In this document: in pieces, positions 47,788 to 57,534 of the stretch
Layout: each line of letters begins with the position of its first letter
How positions within the stretch are numbered: the first letter of the stretch is position 1
Assembly (NCBI GenBank): GCA_014728035.1
Contig: WJMJ01000018.1
Coordinates: 75,099 to 139,098 of the forward strand
Source of the DNA: Promethearchaeota archaeon
GTDB lineage: Archaea; Asgardarchaeota; Thorarchaeia; Thorarchaeales; Thorarchaeaceae
Direction of reading: 5' to 3'
Length of the DNA stretch: 64,000 nt
Translations under genes and position numbers: made by a program
Notes under the pieces: generated by a model
Databases searched by the model: none
What the model was told of the DNA's origin: nothing
Seen by the model: the letters and a program-made list of their open reading frames with translations, nothing else

Positions 47788-50277
47788 TTACGAAATCCCA
47801 GATGTATCAACATCACCTTTAACTCTTCCAAACACAGCACGCAGAACGTCAACTCCGCCAGTAGCAGCACCGACAACATCACCAGTGAATAGAGATAGAA
47901 GGACGTTAGCAGCTTTTGCTGGTGTACTCGTCTTCTTCTTCAAATCTTTCACACGGGTAGAGAAACTATGCCATAGCTCACGAGTGGTCCCTCGTTCAAG
48001 TACACCCTCTTCTTCAAGTGCTTTGATTAGATTCGAGCCAACTTGGCCTTCTGTTGCGAATCCACATACCAAATCTAATGCTTCTTTTGCTTGTGGATCG
48101 TCAACTGAACGTTCCATTAAATCGACAAATGCGCGTGTTGTAGATTCAACAGTATCAAAGAGGTCGAGGAGCTTAATCTTCTGAATAGCAGACAGGTCCG
48201 ATTCGAGAGTCAAGTCGATAGTCCGCTCAATATCACTAAAATCAACAAACGAAAGGTCTCTACCTTTTAGACTGTGTTTCATTGAATCTGTTACACTAGT
48301 AATCATTCCTATGAATTTGTTACCTTGAATGACCTTCAAGATATTCTGAACCGTTTTACGTTCATCTTCTGAGAGAATTGTTTCGTTTGTTTCTAGACTG
48401 AGAAGGAAGTCTCTGAAATTAGGTTCAAACATTTCCATCTCCATTTTCAACCGGTCTATACTCTTCCGACTCTTTGATTCGTAGGTAAGACTTTCTTCCT
48501 GATTTACGTAGACAAGAGTAGAGTATTCTATAGCTTGTTTCCAAACAGGTTCGAGGGTGTTATCAAGAATCCCTTTTGCTAGCACGGAATCAATCTTCTC
48601 CTCATAGAATTGCTGCAATTCATCATCTAATTCCTTTTTTCGTGCGATTCTGCCACGTTCGAGCAAAGCAACGTGATTCAAAAGTAGGAGAATGTCAAAC
48701 TCAGTTGGTTCAGAGCCGTTTTCTGTGATGATAGATAACCCTTCAAAGAACCGGACAATTTGTTCATGAGAGAGGTTGTTCTCAAAAGCTACCTCACCCA
48801 AAGGTGTGAGATGAAATTCATTATCTTTCTTCTCAACAAGTGGACGATTCATCTTTATCATTTGCTTAAGTACACGAGAAGTTGAACTCTTTTTATAGAA
48901 CATTCCAAGTCGCTTTGAGAGTTTTTTCCTCTCACTCTCAGTCTTCATAAGACCTAGACCTATTTGACCCAATAATATCTTGGAGAGTTGACTGTTATTG
49001 AGAAATCTAGTAGGAAGTTTCGGAGAAGAATACACACGTTGTAATTCACCTACATCAGTGATGCTCTTAGTAAAGACGGTGCAATCTCCAGCTCTGCCTT
49101 TTCCACGACGCATCCGCACAGCTCGTGCCATCATAGACTGTCTAAATATTTCATCAATCCCAGGAGCGCTCATCACAACATGTGATACGGGGGTATTCAC
49201 CCCGTAAGCTAGAGCTTCAGTTCCAAACAGAAAACGGATATATTTTCGCCGAAATGCCCATTCAATGAACCATCTCTGTGCTTCATCCATCTGTCCGTGA
49301 TAACAACCGATTCCTTGTTCTACTTGAGTGTAGCTCGGATATTCTAATTCCTTCAATACAGCAGATACTTTCTCAAGACGTTCACGAATAATATGTTCAA
49401 CATCAAAAGATACAGCCTCCCCAAGTTCTGATCCTTTCTCTTCAACAAAGTTATTTATCTGATCAATCGAGTTCACATATACCAAGGTTCTTGTGCCATC
49501 ATCTGCCAAGTCAAGTAGATGTTCTGCGAACTTGGTATGCTTCTCTTTAGTACTCTTGTAATTAATCAATCGAATGTCAGGAGGATCGTATTCTTTCTCA
49601 TCAATGATCAATTTGACTCCAAAAGCTGTTTCAAGCCGAGTCGGTTCATCAAACTGAGCAGAAAGAATAAGGATACGAGGAGAGGGAGTCATTTGATTCT
49701 TTGCAAATTTCATGATTTCAAAAAGCATAGGGCCTCTTACAGGGTCATGAATAATGGAATGCGTATCATCAGAAACAAGTACTCGGAGGTTTCTAGAAAG
49801 AAGCCATTCTCTGGTCTCCTGCATTCTAATCATATCAAACATAGCATCTGGAGTTGCAATCAATACATTTGGAGAAAATCCCTTTGACAACTGGAGAATT
49901 GAACGATTTTCGCGTATTTCACCAACTACAACCATTGGACGTAAGAACCATCCAAAAAATTGACTCAGTGTCGCCGAAGTATCTCTTGCTGAAGCATGGA
50001 ATGGAGCTAGAATAATCGCTAACTCATTTGATTCACTATCAGGTGTTTCCTCTTTTCGTTTAGAAATAGCTTGAAATAGCTCATTTGCAATCAGCAAACC
50101 TCCAGCAAAACTCTTTCCGGTCCTAGACATAGATACAATGCCGAAATCACCATCAGTGGTATACAATCCAGAGTCTGCTGCAATTCTCTGGACCTCATTC
50201 AGTCTTTTGATTCCCAAAGCTTCAGAAATCTTAGCAAGAGACGGTTCAAGAACTTCAATCATAAGCGTGCGCTCCAC
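47788..50277 (-). CDS. Ski2/Hel308-like SF2 helicase with degenerate motifs
   Basis: LNEVQ, RTGKS, IATPD, SDDTH, LSAQ, YHGQM, GTEALAYGVNTP, MMARAVR, winged-helix LTPLG. Confidence 0.8.
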   Translation of the reverse strand: MERTLMIEVLEPSLAKISEALGIKRLNEVQRIAADSGLYTTDGDFGIVSMSRTGKSFAGGLLIANELFQAISKRKEETPDSESNELAIILAPFHASARDTSATLSQFFGWFLRPMVVVGEIRENRSILQLSKGFSPNVLIATPDAMFDMIRMQETREWLLSRNLRVLVSDDTHSIIHDPVRGPMLFEIMKFAKNQMTPSPRILILSAQFDEPTRLETAFGVKLIIDEKEYDPPDIRLINYKSTKEKHTKFAEHLLDLADDGTRTLVYVNSIDQINNFVEEKGSELGEAVSFDVEHIIRERLEKVSAVLKELEYPSYTQVEQGIGCYHGQMDEAQRWFIEWAFRRKYIRFLFGTEALAYGVNTPVSHVVMSAPGIDEIFRQSMMARAVRMRRGKGRAGDCTVFTKSITDVGELQRVYSSPKLPTRFLNNSQLSKILLGQIGLGLMKTESERKKLSKRLGMFYKKSSTSRVLKQMIKMNRPLVEKKDNEFHLTPLGEVAFENNLSHEQIVRFFEGLSIITENGSEPTEFDILLLLNHVALLERGRIARKKELDDELQQFYEEKIDSVLAKGILDNTLEPVWKQAIEYSTLVYVNQEESLTYESKSRKSIDRLKMEMEMFEPNFRDFLLSLETNETILSEDERKTVQNILKVIQGNKFIGMITSVTDSMKHSLKGRDLSFVDFSDIERTIDLTLESDLSAIQKIKLLDLFDTVESTTRAFVDLMERSVDDPQAKEALDLVCGFATEGQVGSNLIKALEEEGVLERGTTRELWHSFSTRVKDLKKKTSTPAKAANVLLSLFTGDVVGAATGGVDVLRAVFGRVKGDVDTSGIS

Positions 50278-50317
50278 TACTGAGGGATAATCAGAAGGAA
50301 ATAAAGATTGCCCGAGA

Positions 50318-50857
50318 TTAAGACAATCCTAATTTCAAGAGATCAGATCTTGTGATTATTCCACTTAGCCTTCCTTGATTCAATAGCAATACTGCTTGAT
50401 GCAAGTCGAATAAAGGGAGTATTGAATCAATTGGAGTACTTTCATCAATCCTTGGAGGTCCACTAGTTTCAACAACAGCTTCCACGGATATTTTAGATGC
50501 ATCATGCTGTAAGTTTCTGATAATGTCCCTCTCTGTAATCATGCCAACAATTCTACCCGTGCGTACCACTGGTAACTGTGAGTACCCATATTTCTGCATC
50601 ACCTCAATAGCATTTGCAACGCTTTTTCTAGCATCGATAGTTTTAGGATTAGCAGTCATTATCTCTAAGCATCTGATTGTTCTTGACTTTGTAAGATAGT
50701 CCACAATCTTGTTTACCAGAGATAGTTTAGGATCCAGGGAGCCTTTTTCCATTCTTGCAATGTATGCCTGTGTCACACCTACCGCTTCAGCTAAATCGAG
50801 TTGAGTAATATTTGCCTCTTCTCGCAGCTTTTTGAGATCTTCTTTTGTGATTAACAC
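50318..50857 (-). CDS. XRE-HTH plus CBS-pair transcriptional regulator (COG3620-like)
   Basis: LREEANITQLDLAEAVGVTQAYIARMEKGSLDP; YSQLPVV and GIITRSDLL CBS motifs. Confidence 0.92.
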   Translation of the reverse strand: MLITKEDLKKLREEANITQLDLAEAVGVTQAYIARMEKGSLDPKLSLVNKIVDYLTKSRTIRCLEIMTANPKTIDARKSVANAIEVMQKYGYSQLPVVRTGRIVGMITERDIIRNLQHDASKISVEAVVETSGPPRIDESTPIDSILPLFDLHQAVLLLNQGRLSGIITRSDLLKLGLS

Positions 50858-50976
50858 ATCAATCCACCATATAATTATGAGTAATATTTATTATATTTTC
50901 AATAACTACGGGTAATATAGTATCCAAAGATATTTAACGGTTTAGTAGCGGCACCAAAGGAAAGCACTAGTATAAG

Positions 50977-52185
50977 GTGACTGTAATGCAATTGAAAGTT
51001 ACACGCGGTGACGGAAGACCCGTTACAAAGAGAGAAGTTGAAATCGTAGAAAGAAAAGGAAAAGGTCACCCAGACACGCTATGTGACAAAGCAGCTGAAG
51101 AACTGTCAGTACGTCTGAGCGAATTCTACCTTGAAAAATTCGATAGAGTCATGCATCATAATGTTGACAAAGTGTTACTTGTTGGTGGACAATCAAATGC
51201 CAGATTTGGTGGCGGAGATGTCATTGAGCCAATCTATTTGTTACTCAGTGGTCGAGCTGTTGATGTCGTTGATAGAGATTATGAGCGTCAGGTCCCAGTA
51301 GGAAAGTTTGCAGTAGAACACACAAGACAATGGCTAAGTGAAGACCTACCACACCTTGATGTGAATTCTGACCTAATTGTAGATTACAAAATACGTGCGG
51401 GAAGTACAGATCTAGTTGGAAATTTCGATCAAGATATTGAAGTTCCAAAAGCAAACGATACTAGTTTTGGAGTTGCATATGGGCCATACTCAGCAACTGA
51501 GAAAGTTGTCCTAGAGTCTGAACTTCTATTGAACTCGGAAGCTATCAAGAAAAAGTACCCCCAGATTGGAGAAGACATCAAGGTAATGGGTACACGTGTT
51601 GGAAAGAAACTGCACCTTCAGGTCGCAGCTGCAATTATCTCTACAGAAACCAAAGATGCAGATGAATATGCCAGTGTAATGGACGCCATTACCAGTGAAA
51701 TAACAGACCTTGCAGTGAAACTGACAGACTTGGACATAGAAGTTGCAGTCAACACAGCAGATGTACCTGAAGAAGATTTGTACTATCTAACTGTAACAGG
51801 TACTTCAGCCGAACATGGAGACGACGGCCAAGTTGGTAGAGGAAATCGTGCAAATGGTCTCATCACGCCATATAGACCCATGACTCTTGAAGCTGCAGCT
51901 GGTAAGAATCCAGTATCTCACGTTGGGAAAACCTACAATGTAGCAGCTAGCGAAATTGTAGAACGTGTTGTAAAAGAGCACCCCGACATCGAGCAAGTTT
52001 ACTGTTATCTCGTTAGTCAGATTGGTGCACCCATCACCGAACCACAAGCGGTTAACATTGAGCTCTACGGTGACTGTGATGTTGAAAAGATTCGAAAATC
52101 AGTAGAGAGTATCTCGGAAGAAGTCATTGCAAAACTACCCAAGGTCTGGGAAGGCTTTGTTAAGAGAAAATTCCAGCTATGGTAA
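50977..52185 (+). CDS. mat: archaeal S-adenosylmethionine synthetase
   Basis: [63 protein letters not shown]. Confidence 0.97.
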   Translation: MTVMQLKVTRGDGRPVTKREVEIVERKGKGHPDTLCDKAAEELSVRLSEFYLEKFDRVMHHNVDKVLLVGGQSNARFGGGDVIEPIYLLLSGRAVDVVDRDYERQVPVGKFAVEHTRQWLSEDLPHLDVNSDLIVDYKIRAGSTDLVGNFDQDIEVPKANDTSFGVAYGPYSATEKVVLESELLLNSEAIKKKYPQIGEDIKVMGTRVGKKLHLQVAAAIISTETKDADEYASVMDAITSEITDLAVKLTDLDIEVAVNTADVPEEDLYYLTVTGTSAEHGDDGQVGRGNRANGLITPYRPMTLEAAAGKNPVSHVGKTYNVAASEIVERVVKEHPDIEQVYCYLVSQIGAPITEPQAVNIELYGDCDVEKIRKSVESISEEVIAKLPKVWEGFVKRKFQLW

Positions 52186-52195
52186 ATTAGAATAG

Positions 52196-52227
52196 GAAGG
52201 CACAGAGTGCCTTCATTTTTCATTTTT
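52196..52227 (+). terminator. hairpin plus U-tract terminator
   Basis: gaaggcac-aga-gtgccttc (52196-52214), then T tracts. Confidence 0.7.
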
Positions 52228-52318
52228 GAACAACACTTTTTGAAATCAAACTTACAATAATCATGCTAGGGATTATTTCGTTTTATATCGAACAATGAAA
52301 TGGTTGTTATTCATTCAT

Positions 52319-53941
52319 CTAATCTACTAACCGTTCAAGAACCGATCTAAAAACGGTCTTAAGTGCCGTATTCAATTCTTTTCCATGACTGATTTCTACC
52401 AAATTTGTTGCTCCATCTTTATTCAACCTAAGCACTTCTATGGTGTCACCCATTTCATCTACATGAGCTTGAAACTTGGCCCCACCAGTAGCTTCAGGAA
52501 TTGCAATGATACCTATTTGAGCGGATCCTGCATCGAGTTGCTCCTTGACCCTTTTAGCAGAATAATATGCAGCTACTCCACCACTTCTATCCCAATCGCG
52601 AACATTTGGAACATCAATACACATTTTGACTTTGTTTGTAGTTTTGACTACTTCCAAAACTGCTGAAGATGCACTGGAGCTATCATCATTTTCAACAGCA
52701 AGACGGATTTCAGCACCTAGTTCGTCACCAACAATTCGAAGGCCATGCATAATAGCCCCCAAGACAGTAGTTGATGTCAGCTTAATCACATAGTCTGGCT
52801 GGGGTTCAGGTTCAATTGGGGCTCTATCATATACAATAGAATCTAATTTTGGTATTAGTCGTTTTATTGCTTCTCTGGGAACCCCTTGAGACTCTACAAA
52901 TACTTCATCAAGGTCATTTTCTGTGAAAGGAAATATGGGATCAGGAGGTGCTACCACATTCTGTTGTTGCCAATAGTCCTCCATAGTCTTGGTGACAAAT
53001 GCAATGACATCATCCTTTGTGAAAGGTCTTAGTTTCGCTGGAACCTCCATTCTAGAGCGCATTGGAGCATCAGCAATATTGTAAATACGATCCCAGATCT
53101 CTGTCAAACAAGAAGCAACAATCACCATGTTCTTGCATTCGTTATAGAGGCGTTTTATCACTTCTAGGAAATGACGTTCTCCTTCTTCGCCGTGAGTGTT
53201 ATAGGGGCCTTCCATTTCATCTACAAAGAGAAGAATTGGTTTATCATATCCTTCAGCAAGAAGTCTTAATGTTGCAAGGGTCACATCATCTTCTTCTAAA
53301 ATGGTTCTAACTCCTAGTTTCTCAATCTCCTCTTCGCTCAGGGAATTTCCAAATAACCATCTTCTAGCAAGTGGTTTCAAATCCGGGTCGAGTCGATAAC
53401 GCAGTAGAACAGTAACAACATCAGCAGATATTCCAGGAAATTCTCCCAGTAATCTATCCATAGCATATGAGAAATCCATCTGCTCGTGAGTAGCCCCTTT
53501 GATACCGCCAAACTGGGTAATTAACATATCAACAGCTTTCTCGAATATGTCATCACCAGCTTCATCAACAAGACATGCGTGAAAGTGTAATGGTACTCGA
53601 ACAGGAGCTGGTGGTGAAGGCACATAGATTGCAAGATAGCCGTCTTTAGCCAGATTTTCTTCTCGATCTTTCAAAACCCAGAATAAGTGAGTCTTTCCGA
53701 GACCTGCACTACCAAGTACAGGCTGGAAACGAGTACGGTTATCCTTAAGCGTGAACCTTAATGCTCTATCTATTGCACGGTCGGCATCCTGATGTGGACC
53801 AGCAATATCAATCTCATCACGGGTGTCTCCACGTGATACGTAGCTTTTCATCGGCAAATCTTCTTTGAGAATATCAAAATAGATTTCCTTTTCAAAATCA
53901 TCTTCGTGGTCAGCGCGTTCCTCCATGTTTCTCAGCTCCAA
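52319..53941 (-). CDS. P-loop (AAA+/BrxD-like) ATPase with C-terminal alpha/beta domain
   Basis: Walker A GSAGLGKTH, Walker B LFVDEME, RSRM Arg finger, PIFPFT, GVPREAI. Confidence 0.75.
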   Translation of the reverse strand: MELRNMEERADHEDDFEKEIYFDILKEDLPMKSYVSRGDTRDEIDIAGPHQDADRAIDRALRFTLKDNRTRFQPVLGSAGLGKTHLFWVLKDREENLAKDGYLAIYVPSPPAPVRVPLHFHACLVDEAGDDIFEKAVDMLITQFGGIKGATHEQMDFSYAMDRLLGEFPGISADVVTVLLRYRLDPDLKPLARRWLFGNSLSEEEIEKLGVRTILEEDDVTLATLRLLAEGYDKPILLFVDEMEGPYNTHGEEGERHFLEVIKRLYNECKNMVIVASCLTEIWDRIYNIADAPMRSRMEVPAKLRPFTKDDVIAFVTKTMEDYWQQQNVVAPPDPIFPFTENDLDEVFVESQGVPREAIKRLIPKLDSIVYDRAPIEPEPQPDYVIKLTSTTVLGAIMHGLRIVGDELGAEIRLAVENDDSSSASSAVLEVVKTTNKVKMCIDVPNVRDWDRSGGVAAYYSAKRVKEQLDAGSAQIGIIAIPEATGGAKFQAHVDEMGDTIEVLRLNKDGATNLVEISHGKELNTALKTVFRSVLERLVD

Positions 53942-53982
53942 AACGTGAATGTTTGATGGGAACGGAAGAATAAGAATCTTTC

Positions 53983-54022
53983 AGAAAAAGGAGTAGTGTC
54001 GATATATATCTGATATCGACAC
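53983..54022 (-). terminator. inverted repeat plus U-tract
   Basis: gtgtcgatat (53996-54005) / atatcgacac (54013-54022), then a T tract on the minus strand. Confidence 0.55.
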
Positions 54023-54042
54023 AATAACCAGAATTATAGACT

Positions 54043-54876
54043 TCAAGCTTTTAGCTCAAGGTCATCAGTTTCAAGTTGTTTAAGAGCTGGTTTATCCTTA
54101 CGTAACCACTTAGAGCCAAAAACTGAGAATAGCACGTAAGCTGGTATTACTATAAGCATTGCATGAAATGGAATGAGAAATACACTGATAGCATCGAAAT
54201 CGAGACCGATGCTCGTGAAATAATCATACATTACAAACAAAGATAGTATTGTAGAAAATCCAGCAAAGCCTTTCAAGTAACTAGAGTAAGATCTATAGAC
54301 AGGTTCAATCTCATAGAGTTCACCTGAAGTTTTAGCGGGTAACTTGTAATGGATTAGACCTGCATCTTCGAGGGCCCATCCAACCGACCAAAGAGCAACA
54401 GTTATTGGAGTGGCGATTCCAGCGATACAAAAGATATAGGATATGTTGTAGAGGGGATTAATACCACTAGTTAACATATCATTGGTGAGAAATATCTCTG
54501 GATCAAAGAGATTGAGCAAAGTGTTGAGTAAACCTACTACAAGTAAGTAAACATAAATTAGCCGCATAATCATTCTATTTGTTTTTAGACCTGACACTTC
54601 CAGTGGAACATATCCGTCCTCATATCCTCGCCTTAGAAACTTCTTGACAAACATAAATAATGGCGTGAGGATTCTTGGGACAATAAGAACTGCAAGAATG
54701 CTTCCCCCTAAAGGTATAGCAATCCAGAAAATCAGATATGTAATAGAGGAATCCAGGTTCAAAATAGGAACTATTCCGGATGGACTCAAACCACCAGAAG
54801 ATAGTCCCACAGTTACTAAAGCTAATTCAGCAATTGCAATGAATAATAGAATCATTGCAGGGATATTCTTTGTCAA
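54043..54876 (-). CDS. hypothetical membrane protein (about 6 TM)
   Basis: Hydrophobic segments; ggagg RBS before TTG; WALEDAGL motif. Confidence 0.75.
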   Translation of the reverse strand: MTKNIPAMILLFIAIAELALVTVGLSSGGLSPSGIVPILNLDSSITYLIFWIAIPLGGSILAVLIVPRILTPLFMFVKKFLRRGYEDGYVPLEVSGLKTNRMIMRLIYVYLLVVGLLNTLLNLFDPEIFLTNDMLTSGINPLYNISYIFCIAGIATPITVALWSVGWALEDAGLIHYKLPAKTSGELYEIEPVYRSYSSYLKGFAGFSTILSLFVMYDYFTSIGLDFDAISVFLIPFHAMLIVIPAYVLFSVFGSKWLRKDKPALKQLETDDLELKA

Positions 54877-55043
54877 ATAACTAAAACCTCCAATAGCGAC
54901 ATCTCAAAAGATGTTCGCGACTGAAAAATGAAAAACGGAACGCAATAAATCTCTTATTCATGCTAATATGACCTAGCAATAAGGAAACATCAGGACACAT
55001 ACATTTTTACCATTTCAATTCTATCGTTCATTCGGTGTAGAAA

Positions 55044-55760
55044 TTGGCACGTAGACCAGGATTTCTAACAGTATCATATTCAGGCTCGGGTCTCGAAACA
55101 ATGGACCACGAGAAACGTATGGTTCGAGAAAAAGATGTCAAATTTGATGGCGAAGACGGCTCTATGGAGGTCACAGACGTCAGACTTGTATGGTATAAAA
55201 AACCTTCAAGATGGGGTGGTGTGAAAAAATTCGGAGCCCTTGCTGGTGCTATTGCTGGTGCTGCTATCCTTGATGGAGTAGGACGTGAGGTTGGAGGGAT
55301 AGGAGGCAGAGCAATACGCGGTGTAGGTCGTGGAATTGGTTATGCAGCTGTGGGAACAGCTATATCATCATGGACACGCGATTCATTTTACAACAAAGAC
55401 TCTGATGGAAACACAGAGAGTATTGCTGTACCATTAATGGCAATTTCTACTGCAGAACAGAGTGGCAAGAAACTGGTAGTTGACTTGAAAGCAGGCGGAA
55501 ATATGATTTTCGAATTCAAACAGAAAAAGGTGATCCCAAGTTTCAAAGCCAACATCTTGCAAGCACAGCAAATGGGAAAATGTCCCTATTGTGGCGCTAA
55601 AGCAGGAAATGCTTCAAGTTGTCCTCAATGTGGTGCTCCAATAGAGGGCGGTGGAGGATCTGGTGGAGGCGGTTCCGGAGGCGGTGCATTCTGTACCAAC
55701 TGCGGAAAATCAGTACCTGCAGATGCAAAGTTCTGTGGTGGATGCGGACAAAAAGTATAG
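55044..55760 (+). CDS. PH/GRAM-like domain split by a glycine zipper, plus a double zinc ribbon
   Basis: GSMEVTDVRLVW; GxxxG run; VPLMAIS..E; four CxxC pairs with a GGGS linker. Confidence 0.65.
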   Translation: MARRPGFLTVSYSGSGLETMDHEKRMVREKDVKFDGEDGSMEVTDVRLVWYKKPSRWGGVKKFGALAGAIAGAAILDGVGREVGGIGGRAIRGVGRGIGYAAVGTAISSWTRDSFYNKDSDGNTESIAVPLMAISTAEQSGKKLVVDLKAGGNMIFEFKQKKVIPSFKANILQAQQMGKCPYCGAKAGNASSCPQCGAPIEGGGGSGGGGSGGGAFCTNCGKSVPADAKFCGGCGQKV

Positions 55761-55767
55761 ACCTAGA

Positions 55768-55800
55768 ATGGGACATCACAGTCCCATCTCCAATTTTTCT
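55768..55800 (+). terminator. hairpin plus U-tract terminator
   Basis: atgggac-atcaca-gtcccat (55768-55787), then a T tract. Confidence 0.6.
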
Positions 55801-55850
55801 GTTATTATTAAAAAAAGACGAGGCCCAAAATGAGAGGGCCCGGAAAGAAA

Positions 55851-56678
55851 TTAAAATGCTCTTGCTACTCTTCCCAATCCATTGTATTGAACAGAACTCG
55901 TATCAATTCCCTCGATTTCCGCTATGGTGAGAAGATATGGGATTTGATCAACCTCAATCATAATCTCACGGGATAGTTCAGTGTCAAGGATAGAGTCTGA
56001 TTGTTGCAATAGAATCTCTTTCAATTTCTTATATGAGAACAGTATCTTACTTACAGCATAGCTGAAACGGAAATAGGAACTGTCTTCGTTGAGACTCTCC
56101 TTTATCATATTCTCCATGCTCTTAGTCTTACAATCCACACACTGATTCATTATCTTCTTCATCTGTAATGAAAATACTAACGAATCCGACTCAGCATCAG
56201 GAGCTTGAGAATGAGGAATTACAAAAATCAATTGAGTCTGGTTTGAAAAGAGCTTTTCAATCTTGGATTTTACTGCCTCCCCGAGAGAGATATCATCATG
56301 AACAAGATACACCTTTTTACCAAGCAACAAGTGCGTGATTAGAATACCAAAGTTTCGCAAAGCTTGTTTTCTCTTATCCCCAAAAGTATCTACAAGCGTA
56401 GCAAAACTGATATCTTCTGACTCAAACGCAGTAGCTACTGTTGACTCGATGATGGTTGTCTTCTTTTTCTCAACCCGTAGCTGTGAGGGATATTCAATCC
56501 CACGAACTCTATAATCTCGGTCTATATAGACTACTATCCCATGTTCAGGAGTTCCGTGAACAGAGAGGACAGTAGCAAGTCCAGATGATTGATTCTGAAT
56601 CTCATCTTCAGAAACCTGTATTCCGATATTTTCTTCACACTTCTTACAAAATGCGAAAACGGTCTTAGATTCTGCCAT
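55851..56678 (-). CDS. N-terminal CxxC/H/H Zn-binding domain plus putative DENN/folliculin-like region
   Basis: FCKKC...HGTPEH..VVYIDRDYRVRGIE; F..L..HLLLG..V....D..L pattern. Confidence 0.55.
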   Translation of the reverse strand: MAESKTVFAFCKKCEENIGIQVSEDEIQNQSSGLATVLSVHGTPEHGIVVYIDRDYRVRGIEYPSQLRVEKKKTTIIESTVATAFESEDISFATLVDTFGDKRKQALRNFGILITHLLLGKKVYLVHDDISLGEAVKSKIEKLFSNQTQLIFVIPHSQAPDAESDSLVFSLQMKKIMNQCVDCKTKSMENMIKESLNEDSSYFRFSYAVSKILFSYKKLKEILLQQSDSILDTELSREIMIEVDQIPYLLTIAEIEGIDTSSVQYNGLGRVARAF

Positions 56679-56686
56679 GGATTATT

Positions 56687-57352
56687 TCACTCCTTCAATA
56701 TTCCGATGGTCATAATTACAATTCCAGCCAAAATGACGAATGGAACTAGCACTAAAATAACTCCCATCGATTCTAGAGTCTGAGCGACAATAAAAATCAG
56801 ATATCCTAACAGGAGCAATAATGTTCTGTTCCTATAGGTAGGATCTTTTTCACGAATTACAACCAGTAATAGAACTCCAACATTGAAGAATGATTCCAGA
56901 ATAATAATTCCAAGAACTTGCATAGGCATATCGAAATTCGATGCGCCATCCACGACTCCTGTAAATTGTAGTTCTAATGTAGCTAGAATTATTGATGCGT
57001 ATATCACCAGAATCCAAAGAACAGCAATAACTATCAGGATCAGTTTTTCTTTTTGTTGTCCTTTGTATTGCATACTTAATGGATAAAGGAGGAAGGTGCT
57101 GAAAACAGCAGTATCAATCAGACCAATCCCTAGTCCCATTTTTGATAGTAGTGCATCTTCAAAGCCCATAGGGTCAAAAAATCCCTTGGTAAAGTAGAGA
57201 ATTGCAGATATTGCAAACAGCAAAATAAATGCCATAAAAACAAGGGTCAAAGGATTTCTACTACTAGAATATCTTTTACCCACAACTGCTGTGCATCCAA
57301 GGAGTCCAGCAGCCATAATAAGATAGATATAATGTATTAATGCGAATGCCAT
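56687..57352 (-). CDS. stand-alone 7TM (HisKA_7TM-like) membrane sensor
   Basis: Seven hydrophobic helices; charged loop REKDPTYRNR before TM6; no cytoplasmic output domain. Confidence 0.7.
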   Translation of the reverse strand: MAFALIHYIYLIMAAGLLGCTAVVGKRYSSSRNPLTLVFMAFILLFAISAILYFTKGFFDPMGFEDALLSKMGLGIGLIDTAVFSTFLLYPLSMQYKGQQKEKLILIVIAVLWILVIYASIILATLELQFTGVVDGASNFDMPMQVLGIIILESFFNVGVLLLVVIREKDPTYRNRTLLLLLGYLIFIVAQTLESMGVILVLVPFVILAGIVIMTIGILKE

Positions 57353-57534
57353 TTTTGGTCCCTAAGTTACATTGAGTAAATTACCTATTAACCATTATCT
57401 GTTTCACTATCGAAAAACAAAAACTGAAGTGAGAAGGCCCTCGTGAGATATTTTAAAAGTACTCGTGATACAAAAAGAATAGGTTGACCCTAGTAATTTG
57501 CAGGGTCGTTTAACCAAGTCAGGAGACAAAACAG

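Noticed and set aside
52319-53941. BREX defence system
   Set aside because: No pglX, pglZ, brxA/B or brxL genes nearby
55647-55687. ggtgga/ggcggt short repeats
   Set aside because: They encode a Gly-Ser linker and are not a DNA repeat element; the same applies to the Gly-rich stretch near 15370-15400
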